Counted from the first letter of the stretch, positions 38,414 to 49,370 are shown. The stretch: 64,000 nucleotides of DNA from Coleofasciculus sp. B1-GNL1-01 (GCA_040220235.1 JAVJTO010000048.1), one strand, 5' to 3'. Program-made: numbers and translations. The notes: a model not told the origin generated them from the sequence alone.

Positions 38414-38781
38414 CTAAGCCTGGTTCAATCCAACGAGAAAAGGGGAAATTGTTTCAGCCAAGACAGCCTGAGTTATCTATGTACTTCCCCGTAAACAAGC
38501 AAAAAAAATGAGATATAGCTTTTTAGCACCCTCACGAAACCGATGTCACACCCTAATTGGAACGATTGTCAGCAGCGGGCGATTGATTCGACTAAATACC
38601 CGTGTCCGCTACTGTAGCAAAAAAAATTCTCTTTACTCTCTATCTATCTAACGATTAGGGTATGTTGATCCTTAGCTGCGATCGAGGAAACCAGGTTTGT
38701 AGGGGCGGGTTTAGGGACTTTCGTCTCGCCATGAGATAATAACATCTGTGCAAAACCCGCCCCCTCACCCCCTCACCTAAT

Positions 38782-39840
38782 CTACGGATAAAAACTCAAC
38801 AACGGTAATCCCAGCTTTTCATCCCAGCCCATAATCAGATTCAAACATTGAATCGCTTGACCAGCTTGACCTTTAATCAAGTTATCGGTAACTGACATAA
38901 CAATTACCCGGTCAGTACGTGGATCAACTTCAACGCTGATATAACACAAATTCGTCCCACACGCCCACTTGGTTTGCGGATACGTCCCACTAGGTAAGAC
39001 GCGCACAAAGGGAGACGCACGATAAAATGCATTATAGATCGTCGCCAGATCTTCTCGCACTAATCCGGGGTCACGCAACGTTGCATAAACCGTCGCCAGC
39101 AGTCCGCGCACCATTGGCATTAAATGAGGCGTAAACTGAACCATCACCTCATGACCCGCCAAATCACTGCAAATCTGCTCAATTTCCGGCGTATGGCGAT
39201 GACGCGCCACCCCATAAGCCGCCACCGAACTATCCGCTTCTGCGAGTAAAAGATTAGTTTTCGCCTTACGCCCCGCCCCCGATGTACCTGATTTAGCATC
39301 AATAATCGCCGTATCGGGTTGAATCAACCCTTGTTTGAGCAACGGTGCAAGTGCCAAAAGACTGGTGGTAACATAACAACCCGGACACCCCACCAACTTC
39401 GCCTCAGCGATGCGATCGCGATATAATTCCGGTAAGCCATAAACCGCTGAAGCCACAGTTTCCTGGTCATTACGTTCTCCCCCATACCAGGTTTTATAGG
39501 TTTCCAAATTCTTAAACCGATAATCCGCCGAAAGGTCAATCACCTTACAGCCTTTCGCCAACAACGGCGGCGCCATCTGATACGCCAAACCATTGGGTAA
39601 CGACAGAAACACCACCTGACAACGGCTGGCGACTTGATCTAAATCAATTTCCTCTATGGTCAAATCCACACAATGACCCAAATGAGGATAGAGTTCCGAA
39701 AACGCTTTCCCCGCACTACTACTTCCCCCCAAATAAACCACCTCAACACCTGGGTGATCCATCAATAGGCGTATCAATTGCACGCCCCCATAGCCAGAAG
39801 CGCCAATAATTCCGACAGGCAATTGTCCTAAATCACCCAT
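38782..39840 (-). CDS. argC: N-acetyl-gamma-glutamyl-phosphate reductase
   Basis: GASGYGG, DLSADYR, YGLPE, PGCY and DNLIKG motifs. Confidence 0.95.
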   Translation of the reverse strand: MGDLGQLPVGIIGASGYGGVQLIRLLMDHPGVEVVYLGGSSSAGKAFSELYPHLGHCVDLTIEEIDLDQVASRCQVVFLSLPNGLAYQMAPPLLAKGCKVIDLSADYRFKNLETYKTWYGGERNDQETVASAVYGLPELYRDRIAEAKLVGCPGCYVTTSLLALAPLLKQGLIQPDTAIIDAKSGTSGAGRKAKTNLLLAEADSSVAAYGVARHRHTPEIEQICSDLAGHEVMVQFTPHLMPMVRGLLATVYATLRDPGLVREDLATIYNAFYRASPFVRVLPSGTYPQTKWACGTNLCYISVEVDPRTDRVIVMSVTDNLIKGQAGQAIQCLNLIMGWDEKLGLPLLSFYP

Positions 39841-39924
39841 AATATTCCTTCCCTAACAGAGTTAACATCAAAAACAGATGAACATTTGCTGCATTTTAGC
39901 TTGAACCAGCGATGGGGGATATTA

Positions 39925-40056
39925 GGGAACAGGGAACAGGGAACAGGGAACAGGGAATAGGCTATAAAAATTTTTTTGTCTTCCATCTCCCCAACACCCA
40001 ACACCCGACACCCAACACCCGACACCCGACACCCAACACCCAACACCCGACACCCC
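39925..40056. repeat. STRR heptamer tracts (GGGAACA)n and (CCCRACA)n
   Basis: Tandem 7-mers; (TGTTCCC)n also at about 36130, 57201 and 60877. Confidence 0.9.
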
Positions 40057-40110
40057 CTGAGTTAGCTACCATAAAATCAGACCATTCAACAGCCAAGAGA
40101 TAGTAACTCA

Positions 40111-40521
40111 ATGCCAATCCGATTATCCACGCCAGAGGTAACCGTTTCTGCTAATCCAGACACAGACACACCTCATTGCCATCCGCCCCATAAGGTTGAA
40201 CGCCAGCGGATTGGTTCATTGCAGCCAAAAATGCTCAACACCGAAAAAGCCCAACGCATGGCAGAATTGTTCAGTTCCCTAGGGGACACAAATCGGCTGA
40301 GGATCATCTCCCTACTCGCGATCGCAGAACTGTGCGTATGTGACATCGCCGCCGCCCTGGATATGACTGAATCCGCCGTCTCCCATCAATTACGCACCCT
40401 ACGAGCCATGCGATTAGTACGGTATCATAAACGCGGTCGCAAGGTCTATTATCATCTTCAAGATCAGCATGTTCTCGACTTATATCAATCCGTCGCCGAA
40501 CATCTAGATGAACCTGTCTAA
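40111..40521 (+). CDS. smtB: ArsR/SmtB family metal-sensing repressor
   Basis: ELCVCD, SAVSHQLR and an alpha5-type site DQH...EHLDE. Confidence 0.8.
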   Translation: MPIRLSTPEVTVSANPDTDTPHCHPPHKVERQRIGSLQPKMLNTEKAQRMAELFSSLGDTNRLRIISLLAIAELCVCDIAAALDMTESAVSHQLRTLRAMRLVRYHKRGRKVYYHLQDQHVLDLYQSVAEHLDEPV

Positions 40522-40574
40522 CTATGAATCCTAAATTCCCCATTCCCCATTCCCCATTCCCTGTTCCCTAAACA

Positions 40575-41084
40575 ATGATTACTTGGCAACAAAATAGTGA
40601 CAATCCTGAAAATGGCGCAAATCTCACCAAAATCAGCAAATTTTGGACAGCGCTAAACAACCGTAAAATTGCATGGCGACAGCGACTAATTCCTCCCAGT
40701 GGAAATGCCCAGGAAAGCGACTGGGAATGGCAGCGATTTGACGACGAATTTAAACTGCAAAATCCCCAACTTCGCGGAATTACCCTCTACTGGCAAAAAG
40801 TGGACACCGATCAAGAACGCAGCACCACCCCCTGGAAACTTGAACTCGATCCGCAACGGCTACAGCTTTATATTTATCCTCAATCTCAGAAAAATTTAGT
40901 CATCCGGGTAGGGATTCCGGAAGTTATCTATCAGAAAATAGAAATTACTAATCCTCAATGGGAAAGTAACCCTCAAGGAGAAAATCATAGTATCACACTG
41001 CGCGACAAGCAGCAACAAATCGAAGTCAAGCTTACCCTAAGTCCCGAAAATATCGCCCAGCTTAAAGAAAATCTGCCTGGATAG
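40575..41084 (+). CDS. Hypothetical protein
   Basis: 169-aa ORF with ordinary globular composition. Confidence 0.65.
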   Translation: MITWQQNSDNPENGANLTKISKFWTALNNRKIAWRQRLIPPSGNAQESDWEWQRFDDEFKLQNPQLRGITLYWQKVDTDQERSTTPWKLELDPQRLQLYIYPQSQKNLVIRVGIPEVIYQKIEITNPQWESNPQGENHSITLRDKQQQIEVKLTLSPENIAQLKENLPG

Positions 41085-41312
41085 ACGATTGAATCGGGCG
41101 CAAGTCTTTGCGCCCCTATGGTTTCGGGTCTCCCATTCTAATTCATCAAATAAGGTGTGCCACACCATTACTTGCTACTTGCTTTTACTTCTTGCTCCCC
41201 TCTCCCCTGGTGGGAGAGGGGCTGGGGGTGAGGGGGTTTATTGACTTAACTTACAATAAACGAGACAGTAATTGGCAAAAAAGACAGATTGTAGAAGCAA
41301 TTCTACAGCCAA

Positions 41313-42746
41313 TTAATCGTCATCATCGTCATCATCATCGTCATCATCATCGTCATCATCATCGTCATCATCATCGTCATCATCGTCATCATCATCACCA
41401 CCCCAATCATCCTCTTCCTCCATTTCTACTTCTTGTTCTTCATCCGATTCTTGCACCTCATTTTCGATTTCTTCAAACTCAACCGCCGCCACATAGGGAG
41501 AAGAAATCGCCACCGTTTCCCCGGTACTCACCAAAGCTTGATACAAAAATGCCGCCACTTCTGCCCGGGTTGCAATCTGATTAGGATTCAATAATTCGAC
41601 ATTAGGATAATTGACCACAATCCCTCGCTGCGTCGCCGCAGCAACTAACGGACGAACATTAACCGGAATCGTTGATGCATCCTGATAAAACTGCAAAATG
41701 TTCGTCGCTGATCCATTCACCGAATAATTTAACCCCTGAGTTAATGCCAATAATACTTCCAATCGCGATAACTTTTGCTTGGGGTTAAAATTATTAGCAG
41801 AATTAACCGTTAAAAACCCCGTTTCACAAGCTTCTTCAATGGCATTGTATGCCCAGTGACGGGTAGAAACATCCCGGATACTAACATTACGGATTTTCGT
41901 CTTCTCAAACGCCTTACGAATCATCGCCGCAAACTGGGCGCGAGTCACAGGTTCATTGGGACGAAATGTGCCATCAGGAAATCCACTGAGAATATCTAAG
42001 CGTACTAATTCAGCAATAAAGTCCTGCGCCCAATAATTACTGGTAATATCCGTGAAACTCGTTTGTACAGTTCGGCGGATTTGGGAACCACTAGCGGCGA
42101 CTTGTTGCTGTTGAGTTGTCTCCCCACTCATCTGAGTGGTTGAGTTGCTTTGGCGTTGACTAGCGCGACGGTCAACAGTTCCCTGTGTCGTTTGACGGCT
42201 GGTACTCCCGGAAGTAATTTCCGTAGTTTCACGGTTGCGGGTGCGGATGCGTTGTTCTTCAATCAGCGTCGCGGTATACCGGGCGGTCATTTTCTGGCTT
42301 AAAGTTTCATCCAGGGTGACAACTGAACCCATCTCATCCGTCCGATACGCCCACAGTTTATCCTCACTCCCGACAATCACCAACCAGCCAGGAACTAGCG
42401 CCTGGGTACAAATCTGATCACCACCTAATCCCAAACAACCATCAGACCAGGTTTGGCGGGCGACGTTGAGGATTTTTAGCTGGGATGTATCTAAATTATG
42501 GCGACGGCTGATATCATCAAAGACAGCCTCTGCGATCGCCTCAGGTAAAGATTCAGCGGTATCCGCTTCTACTGAGGGATTTTGGGCAAGTTCCATCCCC
42601 TGAATCACCTCTAGGGGAGATGTGGGGATAGGATTCGCAACAGAAGGAGTAGCGGTGGCGATCGCGAATCCAGCAAACGCGATCATTATCCTACTACTTG
42701 AGGCAAATAATGGTTGACTCATAACACGCATACCAAACACAAACAA
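41313..42746 (-). CDS. Secreted S-layer homology (SLH) protein with poly-Asp C-terminus
   Basis: Signal peptide; WSDGCLG..CTQALVPGW domain; SLH motifs GFPDGTFRPNEPVTRAQ and ATRAEVAA; 27 terminal Asp. Confidence 0.85.
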   Translation of the reverse strand: MFVFGMRVMSQPLFASSSRIMIAFAGFAIATATPSVANPIPTSPLEVIQGMELAQNPSVEADTAESLPEAIAEAVFDDISRRHNLDTSQLKILNVARQTWSDGCLGLGGDQICTQALVPGWLVIVGSEDKLWAYRTDEMGSVVTLDETLSQKMTARYTATLIEEQRIRTRNRETTEITSGSTSRQTTQGTVDRRASQRQSNSTTQMSGETTQQQQVAASGSQIRRTVQTSFTDITSNYWAQDFIAELVRLDILSGFPDGTFRPNEPVTRAQFAAMIRKAFEKTKIRNVSIRDVSTRHWAYNAIEEACETGFLTVNSANNFNPKQKLSRLEVLLALTQGLNYSVNGSATNILQFYQDASTIPVNVRPLVAAATQRGIVVNYPNVELLNPNQIATRAEVAAFLYQALVSTGETVAISSPYVAAVEFEEIENEVQESDEEQEVEMEEEDDWGGDDDDDDDDDDDDDDDDDDDDDDDDDDD

Positions 42747-42900
42747 AAGGAATCCAAAGACAGAACTGATGGGGAAACTGTTCCCATTTATTCAAACGTG
42801 GCGATTCTCAATAAACAGGAATCTGGGCAAAAATTTTCCAGAATCTGTCTCAATCCCGGTATCATAGAACAAAACGCTTAAACAAACTTCATAAAGCACC

Positions 42901-43791
42901 GTGATTACCCAACCGCGAATCCAGAACAACCCCTTAGAAAAGCACGTTTGGACTTGGCAAGGTCACTCAATTCAATACACCGTCCAGGGAACAGGTCAAC
43001 CCTTGGTATTAATTCACGGCTTTGGTGCATCCATTGGACATTGGCGAAAAAATATCCCGGTGCTAGCGGATGCAGGATATCGGGTGTTTGCGATTGATCT
43101 GTTAGGATTTGGTGGATCAGATAAACCCGCCTTAGACTACAGCTTAGACGTATGGCAGGAACAGATCAAAGACTTCTGGGCTGCCCATATTAACGAACCA
43201 ACGGTATTTATTGGCAACTCAATTGGGGCGCTATTGAGTTTAATGGTCGTTACCCAAGACCCAGATATCGCCATGGGTGGTGTTTTAATTAACTGTGCAG
43301 GGGGATTAAACCACCGTCCCGATGAGTTAAATTTACCCTTACGGCTGGTGATGGGAACCTTCACCAAATTGGTCAGTTCTAAAACCGTCGGTCCATTTTT
43401 ATTTAACCGCATTCGCCAAAAAAACCGGATTCGCAACACCCTGCGTCAGGTTTACTGTGACCCCCAAGCGATTACAGAAGAATTAGTTGATTTACTCTAC
43501 CAACCCTCCTGTGATCCGGGTGCCCAACAAGTCTTTGCGTCAGTCTTGACGGGTCCAGCCGGTCCTGCGCCTGGGGAATTATTACCCAAATTACACCGTC
43601 CTCTATTAGTGCTTTGGGGAGAAAATGACCCTTGGACACCCATTAATGGGGCGGCGATTTACCAGCAACAGCGCCAAATGGAGAAAGATGTGGCGTTTTT
43701 TGCCATCCCCCAAGCGGGTCATTGTCCTCACGATGAGAAACCAGACATGGTTAATTCTCTAATTCTCGATTGGCTGAGTCATAAGACATAA
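42901..43791 (+). CDS. Alpha/beta fold hydrolase
   Basis: HGFGAS, GNSIG and GHCPHDE motifs. Confidence 0.9.
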   Translation: MITQPRIQNNPLEKHVWTWQGHSIQYTVQGTGQPLVLIHGFGASIGHWRKNIPVLADAGYRVFAIDLLGFGGSDKPALDYSLDVWQEQIKDFWAAHINEPTVFIGNSIGALLSLMVVTQDPDIAMGGVLINCAGGLNHRPDELNLPLRLVMGTFTKLVSSKTVGPFLFNRIRQKNRIRNTLRQVYCDPQAITEELVDLLYQPSCDPGAQQVFASVLTGPAGPAPGELLPKLHRPLLVLWGENDPWTPINGAAIYQQQRQMEKDVAFFAIPQAGHCPHDEKPDMVNSLILDWLSHKT

Positions 43792-43838
43792 GACGAATGA
43801 CGAATGACGAATGACGAATGACGAATGACAAATAACTT

Positions 43839-44612
43839 ATGAATCCAATTCTTGCGGGTTTTATCGCCAGTTTACTGGCGGGACTCGCAACCTTTGTCGG
43901 TGCGTTACCCGTATTTTTACCCATCCGCTTAACCCACCGATTACAAGCGATCGCGTTAGGATTCGGGGGTGGGGTAATGCTAGCCGCGACCTCGTTTTCA
44001 TTAATTGTACCGGGTAAAGATGCGGCGATTTCTCAAGGCGCTTCCCAAATAGTTGCGGCGTTAATTATGGGTGTGGGTGTGCTTTTGGGAACGGCGTTTT
44101 TAGGGTTAAGTAATAAGTATCTACCCCACGAACATTTTCATAAGGGTTCAGAAGGGGTAAATTCTCAACATCTCAGACGCATTTGGTTATTTATTATCGC
44201 GATTACAATTCATAACTTTCCCGAAGGCTTGGCGGTTGGGGTTAACTTTGGTGCAGGAAATCCGGCGCAGGGAATTCCTTTGGCGATCGGAATTGGATTG
44301 CAGAATATTCCAGAGGGTTTGGTTGTAGCGGTTTCGTTGTTAGCTGAAGGCTACTCAAGCTTTTATGCTGTGGGGGTTTCGTTGTTGACAGGGTTAGTCG
44401 AACCCGTGGGGGGTTTACTCGGTGCAGGTGTGGTGGCGATCGCACAACCACTTTTACCCTGGGGAATGGCATTTGCAGCGGGCGCAATGCTATTTGTGAT
44501 TAGCGATGAAATTATCCCCGAATCCCATCATCAAGGTCGCGAACACGAAGCCACAATTGGGATTATGGTAGGATTCGTGATCATGATGCTTCTCGATATT
44601 GGCTTAGGTTGA
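43839..44612 (+). CDS. ZIP family metal transporter
   Basis: PHEH, HNFPEG, QNIPEG and EIIPESH motifs. Confidence 0.9.
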   Translation: MNPILAGFIASLLAGLATFVGALPVFLPIRLTHRLQAIALGFGGGVMLAATSFSLIVPGKDAAISQGASQIVAALIMGVGVLLGTAFLGLSNKYLPHEHFHKGSEGVNSQHLRRIWLFIIAITIHNFPEGLAVGVNFGAGNPAQGIPLAIGIGLQNIPEGLVVAVSLLAEGYSSFYAVGVSLLTGLVEPVGGLLGAGVVAIAQPLLPWGMAFAAGAMLFVISDEIIPESHHQGREHEATIGIMVGFVIMMLLDIGLG

Positions 44613-44890
44613 ACCGATACCTCGACAAAACTAAGCATATACCACGATCTATTACTTTTGTCTAGCTCCATCTATATTTACTTTATAAATAAACCTCCAT
44701 CGGTGAATCCACGCGGACTTTTCGGGAATTTCACCCAAAAATTTCCGTAGTTCTCAGGATGTTTTTTGGGCTGAGATCTCCCAAAATTGAATTGGGTGAA
44801 TTCTGTGAGGGACTACCCTCAGCAAGCCAGGTCAATGATTAGATTGTCTGGCGACTTCGATTGTCAGTTGGTTGCATCTAACAAAAACAC

Positions 44891-45415
44891 ATGAATCTTG
44901 AAGACATTGCTCGGTATTACATTGATACCCCAGCGTATGATCTCTCGCCTTCCGTCGTGAAAGGCTTCCGTCAGTTTATCGTGGATATAGCACAGGTAGA
45001 ACTCCAGGGTATGGAGTTTCAGTATGTTGATTTTTTCCCTTACATGAAAGGAACAGAACTGAGCTTAGAGCATATCTATAGGGATTACGACCACGGTAAA
45101 CTAATGATTACCACTCAGTTCAACAACTCTGATCTTTTGGGTTCAGACATTAACCTGATTTTCCGCTGTATTCACGAAGTCCATCACATCAAACTGAATG
45201 TTGGTTTTGATTTAGAAGGGGAATTTGCGACAGCGGTTCATCTGATCGAAATGACCGATAATCTTTTATTTAAACAGATTCTCTTCAGTGAAAGCTTAGG
45301 ACAAATTGCCGTGCGCTTATGCCAAGGGAAGTTTCCCGACGACCAAAAAGTTGTCCTCTTTGAGCCTGAGGTGTTGCACTGTTTGAAAAAAGAGTGGAAA
45401 TCTTTATTGAACTGA
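44891..45415 (+). CDS. Hypothetical protein with HExHH motif
   Basis: 174 aa; FRCIHEVHH...GE. Confidence 0.65.
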   Translation: MNLEDIARYYIDTPAYDLSPSVVKGFRQFIVDIAQVELQGMEFQYVDFFPYMKGTELSLEHIYRDYDHGKLMITTQFNNSDLLGSDINLIFRCIHEVHHIKLNVGFDLEGEFATAVHLIEMTDNLLFKQILFSESLGQIAVRLCQGKFPDDQKVVLFEPEVLHCLKKEWKSLLN

Positions 45416-45498
45416 ATTTCCCAACCAGGAGATAGGTGAGATAAAGGAAATGGGGAGTTAAGCCAATTTACTCAGGCAACTCTCCAAAGCGTTCCCGA

Positions 45499-45637
45499 TA
45501 AGTAGGTTGGTGGAAATAAACCGAACTATGTTAAGTTCTGTGAATGTTCCTCAAACCCTTACATAAACGAATGACTTAGCTTGCTTCTCGCGAAAGCGAG
45601 TTCCCCACCGTTAACTTTAATTGTCCCCACCTACTTA
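45499..45637. mobile_element. MITE with TA ends (TAAGTAGGT...ACCTACTTA)
   Basis: Imperfect terminal inverted repeats; a related copy lies at 60813-60950. Confidence 0.7.
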
Positions 45638-45771
45638 CTAGTCACTGTAGTGGCGTGACACACCTTATTGGATGAATTAACCATTAGCCCGGAAACCGTA
45701 GGGGCGCAAAGACTTGCGCCCGATTCAATGGTCACATCTAATCCACAATTTTAGCTGTGCCGAGTCAGTAG

Positions 45772-45843
<72 letters not shown>

Positions 45844-46136
45844 GAGTAGCTCTCAACGATAATCTTTAGGCTATTATATCAATAGATTTGCCTCATGTTC
45901 TACCTGACTCTGGAGTTAAAGACTTAACCTTGATTGAGTTAGGAAGGGTAAAACCCCTGAAACTCTTACACATAAAGGGGTTGCGAGTTCGGTAACAGTT
46001 AGCTATGACCAAAAACACGCCGAGGTTGTGAATCTTTAGCTTCCAATCAACTTAAATTTATCGCATCCTGTAAAGTATAGAGTTATAACTGTTCGATTGA
46101 TCCTCAAACCATTGCACTCCGCAGGGATTACCCAGG

Positions 46137-47012
46137 ATGTTTAACGCAACAGAAATTCTCATAAACTCATTTGTCCAAAGACTCCGGGACGGCTACCACC
46201 GAACTTACGGGGGGCTGAAAACCGACTTTGAGGACATTATTGCTTGGGCAGGCAGTATGGCAATGGAAAATATTGCCAACAGCGATGCCCTCTATCATAA
46301 TGTCGAGCATTCTATCCTCGTCACCTTAGTCGGTCAGGAGATTCTCCGAGGCAAGCATATCCGTGAAGGTGGCGTCACCCCAGAAGATTGGTTGCACTTT
46401 ATCATTTCTCTGGTTTGCCACGACATTGGCTATGTCAAAGGCGTCTGTCGTCAGGATCGCGAAACTGAACGACTTTATGCGACGGGCAAAAATGGTGAGA
46501 TGGTGCATCTGCCTCCTGGCGCTACTGATGCCTCCCTAACACCTCATCATGTTGATCGGGCGAAACTGTTTATCGATGAGCGATTTGGCGGTCACAAACT
46601 GATTGACGCAGAACTGATTAAGCTCAATATTGAACTGACTCGTTTCCCGGTTCCCAAAGAAGGGGATCATCGAGATACCCTGAATTATCCCGGTTTGATT
46701 CGTGCCTCTGACTTAATTGGTCAGCTTTCTGATCCGCGCTATCTCAAGAAAATTAGCTCTCTATTCTACGAATTTGAAGAAACGGGTGTCAATCAAGCCT
46801 TAGGCTATGAGCATCCTGGTGACCTTCGTGCGGGTTATTCCAGGTTTTACTGGAATGGAGTGTTTCCCTTTATCCAGGAAGCCCTGCGTTACCTGTCCCT
46901 CACCCAAGAGGGTAAGCAAATCACCGCCAACCTCTACTCCAATGTGTTTGTTGTCGAACACGAAAAAAACGAAGAACAACACCGACAACTCGCCCAACAG
47001 CTTAATTCTTAA
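46137..47012 (+). CDS. HD-domain metalloprotein (Npun_R2479-like)
   Basis: YHNVEH, HDIGY, HHVDR and SDLIGQ motifs. Confidence 0.85.
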   Translation: MFNATEILINSFVQRLRDGYHRTYGGLKTDFEDIIAWAGSMAMENIANSDALYHNVEHSILVTLVGQEILRGKHIREGGVTPEDWLHFIISLVCHDIGYVKGVCRQDRETERLYATGKNGEMVHLPPGATDASLTPHHVDRAKLFIDERFGGHKLIDAELIKLNIELTRFPVPKEGDHRDTLNYPGLIRASDLIGQLSDPRYLKKISSLFYEFEETGVNQALGYEHPGDLRAGYSRFYWNGVFPFIQEALRYLSLTQEGKQITANLYSNVFVVEHEKNEEQHRQLAQQLNS

Positions 47013-47022
47013 CCTGTAATCC

Positions 47023-48138
47023 ATGAACTGGTGGCAAAAACTGAAAAAGAACCCCTTGGCTCGGTTTGGCGCGATCGTGCTATTGATTTTTTACCTTGCC
47101 GTAATTGCGGCTGATTTTGTCGCGCCTTATGACCCGTATGTCTCCCAACCCAATGGTTCCCTGTTGCCACCCACCCAAGTTTACTGGCGCACTCCCGAAG
47201 GCAGGTTTATTGGTCCCCATGTCTACCCAACCACCCAAGGACCAACGGATTTAGAGACGGGGGAACGAGAACTGATGGTGGATTGGCAAAGTCCGTCCCC
47301 CATCCGTTTATTTGTTCAAGGTTCGGGATACCAGTTTCTGCAACTGCGTTTCCCCTTACCCCCCAACTTTGAAGAGGTGGAGATATTTGGCGGAATTCCG
47401 ATGAACTTGCACTTGTTCGGTACGATTGGTGAGGGCAAACTGAATCTGTTGGGAACCGATGAGCAAGGTCGGGATCAATTCAGTCGTCTGGTGTATGGAG
47501 GGCGAATTAGTCTAAGTATCGGGTTAGTGGGGATTGCCATTTCTTTTCCTCTGGGTTTAATTATCGGCGGAATTTCTGGCTATTTCGGGGGGTGGATTGA
47601 TGCCATGTTGATGCGCCTCGTGGAAGTGATGATGACGATTCCCACTCTATACCTACTCGTGGCATTGGCGTCAGTGTTACCACCGGGACTAACCAGCGCC
47701 CAACGATTTTTACTAATTGTTTTAATTACCTCGTTTATTGGCTGGTCTGGATTAGCCCGGGTGATTCGCGGACAGGTGTTGTCGATTAAAGAACGAGAAT
47801 TTGTCCAAGCATCCCAGGCGATGGGGGCGAAACCGCTGTACATTATTGTCCGCCATGTGTTGCCCCAAACGGCAACCTATGTAATTATCTCAGCCACTCT
47901 CGCCGTCCCCAGTTTTATTGTGGCGGAATCGGTGCTGAGTTTAATCGGTCTGGGCATTCAGCAACCTGACCCCTCCTGGGGAAATTTGTTGTCCTTGGCA
48001 ACGAATGCTTCGATTTTGGTGCTACAACCCTGGTTAATTTGGCCCCCCGCCGTGCTGATTATCTTGACCGTGTTAGCCTTTAACTTGCTGGGGGATGGTC
48101 TACGGGATGCCCTTGATCCTCGGAGTTTGCAGCGCTAG
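47023..48138 (+). CDS. Oligopeptide ABC transporter permease (OppC/DppC)
   Basis: LGTDEQGRDQFSR, EAA-like loop and GDGLRDALDP. Confidence 0.9.
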   Translation: MNWWQKLKKNPLARFGAIVLLIFYLAVIAADFVAPYDPYVSQPNGSLLPPTQVYWRTPEGRFIGPHVYPTTQGPTDLETGERELMVDWQSPSPIRLFVQGSGYQFLQLRFPLPPNFEEVEIFGGIPMNLHLFGTIGEGKLNLLGTDEQGRDQFSRLVYGGRISLSIGLVGIAISFPLGLIIGGISGYFGGWIDAMLMRLVEVMMTIPTLYLLVALASVLPPGLTSAQRFLLIVLITSFIGWSGLARVIRGQVLSIKEREFVQASQAMGAKPLYIIVRHVLPQTATYVIISATLAVPSFIVAESVLSLIGLGIQQPDPSWGNLLSLATNASILVLQPWLIWPPAVLIILTVLAFNLLGDGLRDALDPRSLQR

Positions 48139-49090
48139 GAGGAGGAGTTCCATTGGATTGCGCTGGTGGCAAGGTTCGGCGTAGGGCAGTCTTTTGGGCA
48201 AAGTCTTTGCCTTCAGACAGTAGATAATCGAGAAAGGTACGAGCGACAATGGAGAGTTGTTTGCCATTTGGGTAAACCGCATACCAGTATCGTTCAATCG
48301 GGAATTCTTCCACATCTAAAATAGTCAGTTGATGGCAGATGCCTTCTAGGGCTAAGGTATGACGGGATAAAACCGAAATGCCTAACCCTCCCGCGATCGC
48401 TTGTTTAATGGCTTCATTGCTGCCTAAGTCAAGCTGCACTTTTAAGTCAATATCACGGGAATCAAAGAGTTCTTGCACTGCCTTGCGCGTTCCTGATCCA
48501 GGTTCTCTCATAATAAAAGGTTCCTCTGCCAAACGCTCTAGAGGAATATTGGTTTCATTCACCAACGGATGATCCGATGGCGCGATGACAACCAGGGGAT
48601 TGTCAAGAATGGCTTCGTAGGTAATATCCAGATCCGGAAGTTGACTCATGACATACAAGTCATCGGCATTGTCATTCAGACGATTCAAGATAAATTCATG
48701 ATTGGTCACCTGAAGCGACACATCGATTCCTGGATAACGCCGACAAAATGGACCGAGTAACCGAGGAATAAAATATTTGGCGGTTGTGATCACCGAAACC
48801 CGCAAGCGTCCCTGTTTCAGACCTTGCAGGTCAGCAACAGTCATCTCAAACTGGTCTAAATTCTCAAATATGGCACGGCAGGTCTTGACGAGTTCCTCTC
48901 CGGCTTGGGTAAGATAAAGACGTTTGCCTACTTGATCAAATAAGGGAACACCAACCGCTCGGGTAAGCTGTTTCACTTGCATTGACACCGTGGGTTGGGT
49001 GAGAAATAGTTCTTCGGCTGCACGAGTAAAACTATTATGTCGAGCAACGGCTTCAAAGACTTTGAGCTGATGCAGCGTGGCTTGCTTCAA
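48080..49090 (-). CDS. LysR family regulator of the CbbR/CmpR/NdhR group
   Basis: TLHQLKVF..SFTRAAEELFLTQPTVS and REPGSGTR motifs; TTG start after AGGAGGAG; lies downstream of the ccm operon. Confidence 0.9.
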   Translation of the reverse strand: MKQATLHQLKVFEAVARHNSFTRAAEELFLTQPTVSMQVKQLTRAVGVPLFDQVGKRLYLTQAGEELVKTCRAIFENLDQFEMTVADLQGLKQGRLRVSVITTAKYFIPRLLGPFCRRYPGIDVSLQVTNHEFILNRLNDNADDLYVMSQLPDLDITYEAILDNPLVVIAPSDHPLVNETNIPLERLAEEPFIMREPGSGTRKAVQELFDSRDIDLKVQLDLGSNEAIKQAIAGGLGISVLSRHTLALEGICHQLTILDVEEFPIERYWYAVYPNGKQLSIVARTFLDYLLSEGKDFAQKTALRRTLPPAQSNGTPPPSAANSEDQGHPVDHPPAS

Positions 49091-49118
49091 CGATACTCCT
49101 CCTTGATAGGAATAATTT

Positions 49119-49134
49119 ATAGATTATAGTCTAT
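49119..49134. promoter_or_regulatory. ATAG-N8-CTAT LysR (NdhR/CcmR-type) box, likely autoregulatory
   Basis: ATAGATTATAGTCTAT about 30 bp upstream of the LysR start. Confidence 0.55.
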
Positions 49135-49370
49135 GATTTCTATTAGAACAATGTATTTTTTCTATGGTAACTCTGAGTTAAGATTTCAGATAACACCAAA
49201 CAAGTGACAGTCTTCCTTCCAGCCTGCGTTGCCCCCTAACCAATTTGTATGTTCCGGAATAAGCGGTTTGGTTTTAGCCTGTACCTACAGGAAAGCTTAA
49301 TCTGGTCATTGCTGGAATTGGGTGCAACGCCTTTTTTGTTAAAGGCAGGAGGTAGGAGGCAGGAGGATTA

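Noticed and set aside
39872..39898. Possible SmtB operator ACAGATGAACATTTGCTGCAT
   Set aside because: Only one half-site matches well and it is more than 200 bp from smtB; too weak to call.
41108..41584. Poly-His ORF as a metallothionein-like gene near smtB
   Set aside because: It is the antisense shadow of the poly-Asp tail and begins within repeats.
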